From a candidate division TM6 bacterium UASB340 (lineage in GTDB: Bacteria > Babelota > Babeliae > Babelales > UASB340): a stretch of DNA of 64,000 bases. Where the stretch lies: contig LDIX01000003.1 of NCBI GenBank assembly GCA_001468925.1, positions 3,018-67,017 of the forward strand, read 5' to 3'. The notes beneath the pieces are model-generated. The model saw only the letters and a program-made list of their open reading frames with translations. It was not told the DNA's origin and searched no databases. Both the position numbers and the translations under genes were made by a program. Below are positions 43,959 through 53,093 of this stretch, piece after piece (the stretch's first letter is position 1; each line of letters starts with the position of its first letter).

Positions 43959-45236
43959 TTAAAAATTTAATCCAACTTGTCCACCAAAAGTATACAAATC
44001 AATTACACGTTTTCCTGCTATTGGTAATTTTGCAAATAAGCTAATTTGAGGTTTTACTTTATAATTACTATCTTGCTTAAATAAATCACAATTTATTTGG
44101 AAAATAACATTTTGATAACTCCATTCTTGATATCTTTGAGCCGTGTTTATAATAGTGTAATCAAAATTATTGGATTTAGCAGTCAAATCATCTGAGTCAT
44201 GTCTAAAAAAATTATATGCCAATTTTGCAGTAAAATAATTTGCAAAACGCTTTTGCATATATAAATTAAATTTCCAAATCATACCCGGACTTCTTGTCGC
44301 TTCACCTTTATACAAAAGTAAAAAATCAGTTTGATTTGAATTGGTTTTTAATCTTCTAATTTTTGTATCATCAAGCGAAAAAAGCATTTCAAATTCCAAT
44401 CCGGCTCTAAATTCACGAATAAAAGTTAAATCTATTCCTGCAGCAAATGGAATTCCCCATGAGCCGTCATTGCCAATTGGCATATCCAAAATTTTATTTT
44501 CATCTGCCTGGTGGCCTGTAGGAATAGTAAGTCCCAATCTAAAATTAAGCCTTACATTTTTTAAATGTTCTTTTGCTTGTTTGTAATCCATGTACCACCA
44601 TAATTGCGCTACCAAATCAGAAAGAACAAAATGTTCAAATCCGGTCAAATCCAGACCATCACCTAAATTTTTTACATTATTAAAAATATCGTCTGTTAAA
44701 TGTTTGTGCACATCTAAATCTGCAGACAGGACTTCTTTAGTTTGATCAGTCCACGATACATTGCTAAGTTTTGCATGCGTAAACGGTACATGAAAATATA
44801 GATCAAAATTTCCGGGTATTGTTTCTATAGGCAATTTATAACGAGTTTGAATATTTATATTTTCTTGAGAATATCTTCCACCCAAATCAAAATGACCACG
44901 AATTCCATCATCTGTTGATGGATTATATGCCGGTATAAGTAAATTTGCCAAATCATAAATATCGGAATCTTTTTCAGCGCCCATAAGCATTGCTAGACTT
45001 GATTCTGTAGAATTATAAATTTTTAACAAATCACGTTTATGTTCATTCAAATCTCTGGATTTGGTAGAATCACCAACCTCAATATTAAATGACAGTTGCA
45101 ATTTTTTATCTTTACAATCTGGCAACCTCCAATTTATATCATATGGTGAATAGAAGTTTGTCGGAGTTATCGTAAAAACAAAATTATTTATACTTAATCC
45201 AAACAATATAAAAAATATAATATTTAAACGTTTCAT
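43959..45236 (-). CDS. Putative outer-membrane beta-barrel protein (425 aa)
   Basis: Signal peptide MKRLNIIFFILFGLSINNFVFT, alternating amphipathic strands, and the C-terminal ...FGGQVGLNF ending in Phe as in OMP barrels. No family assigned. Confidence 0.55.
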   Translation of the reverse strand: MKRLNIIFFILFGLSINNFVFTITPTNFYSPYDINWRLPDCKDKKLQLSFNIEVGDSTKSRDLNEHKRDLLKIYNSTESSLAMLMGAEKDSDIYDLANLLIPAYNPSTDDGIRGHFDLGGRYSQENINIQTRYKLPIETIPGNFDLYFHVPFTHAKLSNVSWTDQTKEVLSADLDVHKHLTDDIFNNVKNLGDGLDLTGFEHFVLSDLVAQLWWYMDYKQAKEHLKNVRLNFRLGLTIPTGHQADENKILDMPIGNDGSWGIPFAAGIDLTFIREFRAGLEFEMLFSLDDTKIRRLKTNSNQTDFLLLYKGEATRSPGMIWKFNLYMQKRFANYFTAKLAYNFFRHDSDDLTAKSNNFDYTIINTAQRYQEWSYQNVIFQINCDLFKQDSNYKVKPQISLFAKLPIAGKRVIDLYTFGGQVGLNF

Positions 45237-45268
45237 TATAATTTTACCTTTATTTTACTATGAAGTTT

Positions 45269-48160
45269 TTATTCATTAACTCTAATACCCCAATCTCCGG
45301 GAACAATCCAAGCACCGGATACCGTATTTAAAACCATTGCACCAGCATTATAAGAAGTACTTTCCAAATTCAAATTAATAGAAGCTTCAAATGCACGAAC
45401 ATTTCTTTGATTAGCTTGCATTCTAATCATTTTTAAATATTCAGTATTACCCAAATGTTTAGGCATTGTTGTAAATCCCATAGCACCATCAGTAATAAAA
45501 TTAGTTCTCAATTCACCTTGCGAATAAAAATAATCGGTTCCGGAATTTTCATTTATAGCTGTTATTACACCATCTTTTACATCAAATCTGTAAATTGTAG
45601 CCAAATTTAAAGAAAGATCTGCTGAAAGCGCATATAAGTTACCATTGGTTGTATATCCACCCTTTTGAATATCAATAAAACTTAAATGCGAAACAGGGGT
45701 AGAAAATAAAGAACCGGAATTTAATGAAACTTTTGTCCATACAGGAGTTTTATTTTCATCGGTATCATTTATAGCATTTGAATAAAATAAACCCTGAGTT
45801 GTTGCAACCAATAATCTTGTATCATTAACCTCACGTTTAAAACAAATCATATCAAGCAAATATCCTGGTGGCGGAGTAAGAGTTTTTTCATCCAAAGAGC
45901 TATTTGCAACATCTTTAAATTTTTCTTTATCCATCACAAATCTATAAATATTATCAAGAGTCATAACATAAAAATATGTACCGTTTGAATCGCCTACAAC
46001 TTTTCTAACCTGCGAAAAATTACCGATTTCTTTAAAGTCCCATGATGCCACTGTAGCCAAATCAACAGCAGCAGATCCAACTTGTCCATCCCAACCAGAA
46101 CCATCACTATTTCTAAGTACTGCCAATCCGTTAAATCCGCCAACAAATAACCAACCCTTTTCATCTTCTTGAGATCTTGAAACATCAGCACAACAAATAG
46201 GTCCCAAGTTATTAAGTGCAGTATCCTCAAACACATAAACATTTGTATCTTTTACAAATTGATCTTGTGTTGGAGTAAAAGCACCTCCGGCTGTTGCAGC
46301 TCCTGTTTTTATTAATACAACTTTTTTATAACCAAGTGCGGCCATAAAAGAAATCTTATCAGCTGCAGCTGTTCGTGCAATACTTTTAGTATTTTCATCA
46401 AAATTAAATATCTGGTGTACTCCGGCATTTGTTTGCAAAAATTCATCATTTAATAATTTTACCAGGCCATTTCCCATAAGGCCTGAATTTGCAGAACCTT
46501 TACCCCATTGGGTAACTTTTACAGTATTTTTATCACCGGACCCATCTTGTGTTAAGTACCAAAAATTGGCATTCATTATATCAAAACCGGATCCATAAAC
46601 TTTGTCTATATTTCCCATTACCCTCTGCCATGGTGTCCAAGCTCTTATGTAACCGTTTAAATCAAATATTGGATTACTTCTAAAAATTCCTGATTCATGA
46701 TTAACTGCAGATCTATCGGAAGCCACGCAAACATAAACAGCGTCATTTACTATAAATAAATCTGTAACATTATCTGTTGTTTGAATTGGCAAATCACCTG
46801 CACCAATGGTTGAAATTACCGCATCGGCACCTGAACTCAACGGCATTCCGGCATTATTTTGAACAATTAAATCTTTATTATTTTTGTCAGCAATTTTACC
46901 AATATTTTGGGCATCAACAGCTGTTCCATCACTTTTTTTAGATCCAAGAATTGGCAAGGCATAAATTTTATTTTTTATTTGAGAAACATCTGAAGAAATA
47001 GAACTATTAACAATTAAATAATTTTTATTGGTACTTGTAACCATAGTTTTTAATTTGTATGTATCAGCATGAACAGCTGTTGCAACAGTACTACTGTAAA
47101 ATCCAAAAATATTATTTGTTAAATCCGCATTAAATAAATTTTTGTCCAAAGTAACAGCTGGCTCAATGGTTAATTTATTACTGTCAAAACGCCCAACCAA
47201 TATTGAAACATCGCCTCCGGAAAGTGCATCATTTTCACGCGTTGCGCCAACAATTCCAATAAATAATCTTTGTAAATTTGAATCAAAATACATATCACCA
47301 AAACTAACAGTATTTCCGGCAGCTTGTTCAATTGCAAAAAGATCATCTGCCGTTATTTTCAATTGAACGGCTTTATTGCCATCGGTTCCATCTTGAGCAT
47401 TAACAGGTTGCAATTTACTATCTTTTTGTATTAATACCGCAAAGCCCCCATCGCCTGAGCCAAAATTAGCTGCATTTTGTTTTACAGCAGCAACTATTTT
47501 ATCCGATGTTGCAGCAAGGCCAACTACACCGGCTGTAGAATTTCCCGCGGCATCGTTTATCTGGTCAGTATTTGTTTTTACAGAACTTCCATCTGCAATA
47601 TTATCTATTAAACAAACAAGTTTTTGTGCATCAAAATTTGTACCATCAACTATAGTTGAATCTTGTAGAGTAACAACCGGATTACGTGATTGCAAAGTTA
47701 AAAGATCCACTCTTTTATCATAAACAGGATTTGTCTTTTTTACTAAAGCATCATTTTCTTTTATTCCATTTAGATATGCAGTACTTGCAGCTAAAGGTAT
47801 AAAACTTAAACTATTTGAATCTTGAATAGAACCTCTAATAAGTTTTACTCGAACAACAGCAGAAGATGACGGCAATGCAGAATCCGCTCCCAAATAAAAA
47901 TAATCAGCCCCGACAAAAGCAGTTTTTGCATAATTAACATCATCATCTATTTTTGCCAAATATCTGGTTATTTTTCCATCTTCGTCAGTTTTTTCCAAAG
48001 ACAGTAATGCTCTATATTCTTTAAATTCTTTAGGTAACTCTATCTTATCTTTTTCTTGATCCGTTATGGTAAACCTATTTATAACTAAATCTAAAGAAGC
48101 AAAAACATGACATGAAAAAATCGTGCTAATAATCAGAATAAATATATTACGCAACTTCAC
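45269..48160 (-). CDS. Large secreted/surface hypothetical protein (963 aa)
   Basis: GTG start with an AAGGAT RBS. Signal peptide MKLRNIFILIISTIFSCHVFA. Gly/Ser/Thr/Asn/Asp-rich beta-type composition. No C-terminal barrel signature and no family recognised. Confidence 0.6.
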   Translation of the reverse strand: MKLRNIFILIISTIFSCHVFASLDLVINRFTITDQEKDKIELPKEFKEYRALLSLEKTDEDGKITRYLAKIDDDVNYAKTAFVGADYFYLGADSALPSSSAVVRVKLIRGSIQDSNSLSFIPLAASTAYLNGIKENDALVKKTNPVYDKRVDLLTLQSRNPVVTLQDSTIVDGTNFDAQKLVCLIDNIADGSSVKTNTDQINDAAGNSTAGVVGLAATSDKIVAAVKQNAANFGSGDGGFAVLIQKDSKLQPVNAQDGTDGNKAVQLKITADDLFAIEQAAGNTVSFGDMYFDSNLQRLFIGIVGATRENDALSGGDVSILVGRFDSNKLTIEPAVTLDKNLFNADLTNNIFGFYSSTVATAVHADTYKLKTMVTSTNKNYLIVNSSISSDVSQIKNKIYALPILGSKKSDGTAVDAQNIGKIADKNNKDLIVQNNAGMPLSSGADAVISTIGAGDLPIQTTDNVTDLFIVNDAVYVCVASDRSAVNHESGIFRSNPIFDLNGYIRAWTPWQRVMGNIDKVYGSGFDIMNANFWYLTQDGSGDKNTVKVTQWGKGSANSGLMGNGLVKLLNDEFLQTNAGVHQIFNFDENTKSIARTAAADKISFMAALGYKKVVLIKTGAATAGGAFTPTQDQFVKDTNVYVFEDTALNNLGPICCADVSRSQEDEKGWLFVGGFNGLAVLRNSDGSGWDGQVGSAAVDLATVASWDFKEIGNFSQVRKVVGDSNGTYFYVMTLDNIYRFVMDKEKFKDVANSSLDEKTLTPPPGYLLDMICFKREVNDTRLLVATTQGLFYSNAINDTDENKTPVWTKVSLNSGSLFSTPVSHLSFIDIQKGGYTTNGNLYALSADLSLNLATIYRFDVKDGVITAINENSGTDYFYSQGELRTNFITDGAMGFTTMPKHLGNTEYLKMIRMQANQRNVRAFEASINLNLESTSYNAGAMVLNTVSGAWIVPGDWGIRVNE

Positions 48161-48252
48161 AGCTAATCCTTTTTTTTAAATTTTATACAAATCAATTTAT
48201 TAAAAAGATATAGTAATATAACTTTTTGTTTAGCTCAATTTAAAATAAAAAA

Positions 48253-49815
48253 TTACTTAGATAAATAGTAAATTTTTATTCCAAATAATTTTTTAGTTTT
48301 ATAAAGTATTACAAATGCAGCTAAAGCAATGGACATTGTAATTATCCAAAACCCCTGAGCATTTCTAAAAAAATCATAATATTTCGTATATTTTAATAAA
48401 TAAAAAAATGTTTTATATAAAATTGAACTAAATATAAAAACTGAAGAAATTTGCAAGCCATATTTAATTAAAAAATTAAAATAATTGGCAAAATAAAATT
48501 TAAATCTATATTTTCTATATAAAAAATAAAAATAAAATAAAGTCAAAGCTATACCGGAAATAGTTGTCGATGCCGCAATACCAAATACTCCAAAATAAAT
48601 CATACCAACAACATTTAATCCAAAGTTTATAAAAGTTGCAATTACAAGTGCAATTGTTGGACTTACAGTATCATGCATAGCATAAAAAACATTAACCAAT
48701 ATTTTATTTAGTGCATAAAAAACTATTCCTACTGAATAAAGTATAAGCAACCATTTTGCTATTAAGGCATTTTCTAAAGATGTAACATTACCAAACATTA
48801 AAATTGTAAAAATTTCTTCAGATACAAATATTAAAAAAATTGTTGCAGGCAATAAAAGCCAAGTAATAATTTTTGTTGTCTCTAAAATATGAAAATTTAA
48901 TCTTTTTGGCGCATAAGAAGCACATCTTGAAAAATGTGGTAACAAAATTGTTGCAAAACTAACTGCAAAAATTCCTATCGGCATATTCATAAATCTTCCG
49001 GCATAATGAAGCATGGAAAGACTTCCTGCATTTAAAAACGATGCAATTGCTGTATCGATAAAAAGATTAATTTCTATAATACTTACACCTAAAAGACTTG
49101 GAATAAATTTAGATAATACGGATTTTAAAGCAGCATAAGATTTATCAGTTATTACACCAAACTTAAAATTATATTTAAAATAAACATATAAGTGCATTAA
49201 AAAAACAATAAGAGATGATAACAAAACACCAAAACATACGGTTGATACAGAAAATTTAAAATATAGTGCACCAAATAAAAATGCTATAAATATAATATTA
49301 TTAACTACGGGACCAAATGCCGGAATAAATACATGATTAACTGAATTTAAAGCTCCTGCAAGTAATGCACTCCCTGAAAAGAAAAAAATCATAGGAAATA
49401 AAATTCTTAAAAACGGTATTGCATACTTAAGTTGCTCTTGTGAAAAACCCGGTGCCGCAAAATATAATACTTGTCTTGGATAAATTGCAACAAGCGCAAT
49501 CATTATAAGTACAATTCCCTCAAAAAATAAAAAGCTTAATGTCATTAAACCATTTGCCTGCTTTTCATCTTTTTCTCTAACTTTTCGCACAAAAACAGGA
49601 ATAAATGCTGCTGAAAGAGATCCTTCTGCAAAAATTCGTCTTAAAAAACTTGGAATTTTTAATGCAGTTAAAAACGCATCTGAAATCGCACCAACACCTA
49701 AAATACGAGCAACCAACATTTCTCGAATAATTCCAAAAATACGACTAAAAAAAGTTAATGTTCCAAACTGTGCAGTTTTTTTCAAAATAGCTTTTTTTGT
49801 TAAATTAAAACTCAT
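48253..49815 (-). CDS. murJ: lipid II flippase MurJ (MviN)
   Basis: N-terminal TLTFFSRIFGIIREMLVARILGVGAISDAFLTALKIPSFLRRIFAEGSLSAAFIPVF is the canonical MurJ motif. About 14 TM. Confidence 0.9.
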   Translation of the reverse strand: MSFNLTKKAILKKTAQFGTLTFFSRIFGIIREMLVARILGVGAISDAFLTALKIPSFLRRIFAEGSLSAAFIPVFVRKVREKDEKQANGLMTLSFLFFEGIVLIMIALVAIYPRQVLYFAAPGFSQEQLKYAIPFLRILFPMIFFFSGSALLAGALNSVNHVFIPAFGPVVNNIIFIAFLFGALYFKFSVSTVCFGVLLSSLIVFLMHLYVYFKYNFKFGVITDKSYAALKSVLSKFIPSLLGVSIIEINLFIDTAIASFLNAGSLSMLHYAGRFMNMPIGIFAVSFATILLPHFSRCASYAPKRLNFHILETTKIITWLLLPATIFLIFVSEEIFTILMFGNVTSLENALIAKWLLILYSVGIVFYALNKILVNVFYAMHDTVSPTIALVIATFINFGLNVVGMIYFGVFGIAASTTISGIALTLFYFYFLYRKYRFKFYFANYFNFLIKYGLQISSVFIFSSILYKTFFYLLKYTKYYDFFRNAQGFWIITMSIALAAFVILYKTKKLFGIKIYYLSK

Positions 49816-50486
49816 TGTAATATTCCATCTTTCAATGTTAAAATTTTATCCATTCTTTCATAAACAGCTTTATCATGGGAACAAATAATTAATCCCATTC
49901 CAAATTCTTTTCGACACAAAAGTAAAAGATCGGTAATGATTTGGGCATTTTTAGCATCCAAGTCACCCGTTGGTTCATCAGCAAGCAAAAATTTCGGTTC
50001 ATTAAAAATAGCTCTTAAGATAGAAACTCTTTGCAGCTGTCCACCGGAGAGTTGCGTTGGATAACTATCAAATTTATCCTCAAGTCCAACTTTATTTAAC
50101 AAGAATTCTGCTTTTTGTACAGATTCTTTTTTTGTTTTACCTGCAATTAATCCTGGTAAAATTATATTTTCAATTACAGAAAGTTCTTTTATTAGATAGT
50201 GAAATTGAAAAACAAAACCAAAATTACTATTTAAAAAAAGCTCTTTTTGTTTTTGATTAAGGTCAAAAATATTTTTTTGTCCCCAAAAAATTTGACCTTT
50301 TGTAGGAAAATCAAGACCACCTAAAATATGTATCAAAGTTGATTTTCCACTACCTGAAGCACCTGTTATTGCATAGGTGTTTCCGGTTTGAAATTCAAAA
50401 TTTATTCCATTCAATACATTTAATTCTTTTTCTCCTGACCAAAAACTTTTAAATATATCTTTAACCTGCAAATTTAAATTTTCCAC
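49812..50486 (-). CDS. ABC transporter ATP-binding protein (LolD/MacB/FtsE-like)
   Basis: Walker A GASGSGKST, signature LSGGQLQRVSILRA, Walker B LLADEPTGDLD. GTG start with an AGAGGAA RBS. ATGA overlap with murJ. No permease gene adjacent. Confidence 0.8.
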   Translation of the reverse strand: MENLNLQVKDIFKSFWSGEKELNVLNGINFEFQTGNTYAITGASGSGKSTLIHILGGLDFPTKGQIFWGQKNIFDLNQKQKELFLNSNFGFVFQFHYLIKELSVIENIILPGLIAGKTKKESVQKAEFLLNKVGLEDKFDSYPTQLSGGQLQRVSILRAIFNEPKFLLADEPTGDLDAKNAQIITDLLLLCRKEFGMGLIICSHDKAVYERMDKILTLKDGILQ

Positions 50487-50590
50487 AACTATTCCTCTCT
50501 ATTTATGTCCTAATTTTAAACAAATTATAAAAGATCAAAAACATTACGAACCTCGATTTTAAAAACTAAATTCGGTTAATATCAATATTA

Positions 50591-50620
50591 TTGAATTATA
50601 CCAAATTTTTTTTTTATAAT
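50591..50620 (+). promoter_or_regulatory. Putative sigma70-type promoter upstream of lon (TTGAAT-18 nt-TATAAT)
   Basis: Read directly from the sequence. AT-rich context makes this weakly specific. Confidence 0.3.
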
Positions 50621-50675
50621 GCATTTGTAAACACAGGGGAAGTTTAGGGGAAAAAAATTGGTGGGAGGGGCACAA

Positions 50676-53024
50676 ATGAAGAAAACAAACAAAAAGCAAC
50701 TACAGGAAAAAATTCCTAATTTAATACCGATCATTCCTACGATCGATGTAGTTGTTTTTCCCAACATGGTCGTACCTCTTTTAATTTTAGATGAAAAAAT
50801 TATAGAGGGAATAAATAAATCTCTTGATGGGGATAAAAAAGTTTTACTTTTGGCTGCAAAACAGCCGGAAAATAGTTCCGGTCCAATAGGCGTTGAAGAC
50901 CTATATAAAGTCGGAACAATTGCAAATATAATGCGTACTATGCAATTACCGGATGGCGGAATAAAAATTCTCGCACAAGGTATTGCAAAAGCGGAAGTTG
51001 AAGAAATAGAACAAGATGAAACCTCTTTATATGCATTAATAAATCCTATAGATATTGATACGGATAAAGAAGATCAAAACAAACTTATAACATTACAAAG
51101 AAAAATAATAGCTCTTGTCGAACAACTTTCTGCAACAGGCAAAATATTTGGCCCAGATTTTCAAATATTACTCTCTCAAATGGAAGAACCTGAACGAGTT
51201 GCCGAATTTATAATTTCACATTTAACAATGACGGTTACTCAAGCTCAAGAACTTTTAGAAAAAAAATCGATGATCGAAACGTTTGAATCTATATATGATC
51301 AATTAACAAATGAAATAGAAATAAGTAAAGTTCAAGATAATATTCAAAATAATACAAGAGAATCAATAAATAAATCTCAAAGAGAATATTTTTTGAGAGA
51401 ACAATTAAAAAGTATTCATAAAGAACTGGGTGATGAAGTTGAATCCGATATAGAAGAAATGAAATCTAAAATTGCAACTCTTCCAATGGAACAAGAAGCA
51501 AAAGAAGAAGCAACAAGACAATTACGAAGATTGGAAAGAACAAGCCCGGATTCGATGGAGTCAACAGTTTTAAGAAATCATATTGAATGGATAATAAATT
51601 TACCTTGGGGTGTTTACACCAAAGACGATATTGATATAGCAAGGGCAAAAAAAATTTTAGATGAAGATCATTACGGACTTGAAGTTATAAAAGATAGATT
51701 GTTAGACTTTTTATCCGTAAGAGCATTAAAAGATGATTGTAATACGCCAATATTATGCTTCTCAGGCCCTCCAGGTGTTGGAAAGACATCTTTAGGAAAA
51801 TCAATAGCCAAAGCACTTGGAAGAAAATTTATAAGATTATCTCTTGGCGGAGTTCATGATGAATCGGAAATTCGCGGACACAGAAGAACCTATGTCGGCG
51901 CATTACCGGGAAGATTTATTCAAGCAATAAAAAAAGCCGGTAGCATGAACCCATTAATAATGATTGATGAAATAGATAAAATTGGTCAATCACAAAAAGG
52001 CGACCCTTCCGCCGCATTACTTGAGGTTCTAGATCCGGAACAGAACAACACCTTTTATGACAATTACATGGGAATACATTTTGACTTATCAAAAACACTT
52101 TTTATAACAACAGCTAATGATCTATCTAATATTCCCGGCCCCCTAAGAGATCGAATGGAAATAATACAACTTCCCGGATACACACATGAAGAAAAGATTG
52201 AGATAGCTAAAAGACATTTAATAAATAAAGCCATAGAAAAATCAGGCTTAATTGATAAAGGTTTTAGTATTGCAGATTCAGTTATTACAGAAATAGTTAT
52301 GGGATACACAAGAGAATCAGGCGTTCGAGAACTTGAACGATTTGTAACAAAATTATGTTCAAAATTCGCCAGAGCTTTGGTTGAAACTAAAAAAGGAATC
52401 ACTTTTGATTCCGAATCTTTAAGAAAATATTTAGGACCAAAAAGAATTTTAGACGAAGATAGTAATCACATAAATAAAATTGGTGTAACTAACGGACTTG
52501 CATGGACTCCATATGGAGGAGAGGTTCTTCAGGTAGAAGCTGTATTAATGCGCGGTAACGGTAGACTGCTACTCACGGGTCAACTTGGTGACGTGATGAA
52601 AGAATCTGCTCAAGCTGCAGTAACATATGCAAAAGCTCATGGAGATATGTTCGGTATAAATATGGAACTTTTTGAAAAATATGATTTACATATACATTTA
52701 CCGGCAGGTGCAATTCCTAAAGACGGACCTTCGGCCGGCATAACTCTTTTATCATCGATACTTTCAGCATACACAGGACAAGCTGTAGATGCAGACTTTG
52801 CTATGACCGGAGAGCTCAATTTACAAGGTAACGTTTTACCTATTGGTGGATTAAAGGAAAAGATACTTGCAGCAAAAAGACGTGGACTTAAAAACATCAT
52901 TTTACCTAAATCAAACAGAAATGATCTGGAAGAAAATGATGAGAAAATATATAACGGTATAAACGTTTTCTGGGTAGATGATGCAAAAGATGTTTTAGAT
53001 AAAGTTTTGGTAAAAAAGATATAG
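50676..53024 (+). CDS. lon: ATP-dependent Lon protease
   Basis: LON N-domain, AAA+ Walker A GPPGVGKTSLGKS, and protease Ser in DGPSAGITLL. The ATG at 50676 follows a GGGAGGGG RBS. The track TTG at 50658 is less likely. Confidence 0.95.
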   Translation: MKKTNKKQLQEKIPNLIPIIPTIDVVVFPNMVVPLLILDEKIIEGINKSLDGDKKVLLLAAKQPENSSGPIGVEDLYKVGTIANIMRTMQLPDGGIKILAQGIAKAEVEEIEQDETSLYALINPIDIDTDKEDQNKLITLQRKIIALVEQLSATGKIFGPDFQILLSQMEEPERVAEFIISHLTMTVTQAQELLEKKSMIETFESIYDQLTNEIEISKVQDNIQNNTRESINKSQREYFLREQLKSIHKELGDEVESDIEEMKSKIATLPMEQEAKEEATRQLRRLERTSPDSMESTVLRNHIEWIINLPWGVYTKDDIDIARAKKILDEDHYGLEVIKDRLLDFLSVRALKDDCNTPILCFSGPPGVGKTSLGKSIAKALGRKFIRLSLGGVHDESEIRGHRRTYVGALPGRFIQAIKKAGSMNPLIMIDEIDKIGQSQKGDPSAALLEVLDPEQNNTFYDNYMGIHFDLSKTLFITTANDLSNIPGPLRDRMEIIQLPGYTHEEKIEIAKRHLINKAIEKSGLIDKGFSIADSVITEIVMGYTRESGVRELERFVTKLCSKFARALVETKKGITFDSESLRKYLGPKRILDEDSNHINKIGVTNGLAWTPYGGEVLQVEAVLMRGNGRLLLTGQLGDVMKESAQAAVTYAKAHGDMFGINMELFEKYDLHIHLPAGAIPKDGPSAGITLLSSILSAYTGQAVDADFAMTGELNLQGNVLPIGGLKEKILAAKRRGLKNIILPKSNRNDLEENDEKIYNGINVFWVDDAKDVLDKVLVKKI

Positions 53025-53047
53025 TAAAACTCCTAATCGACACAAGT

Positions 53048-53080
53048 AAAAGAACCGAGCTATAAACAGCCCGGCTCTTT
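53048..53080. terminator. Bidirectional terminator between lon and the convergent lipase gene
   Basis: AAAGAACCGAGC-tataaaca-GCCCGGCTCTTT, 10 of 12 positions paired, followed by T-rich sequence. Confidence 0.55.
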
Positions 53081-53093
53081 TACTTTATTACAA

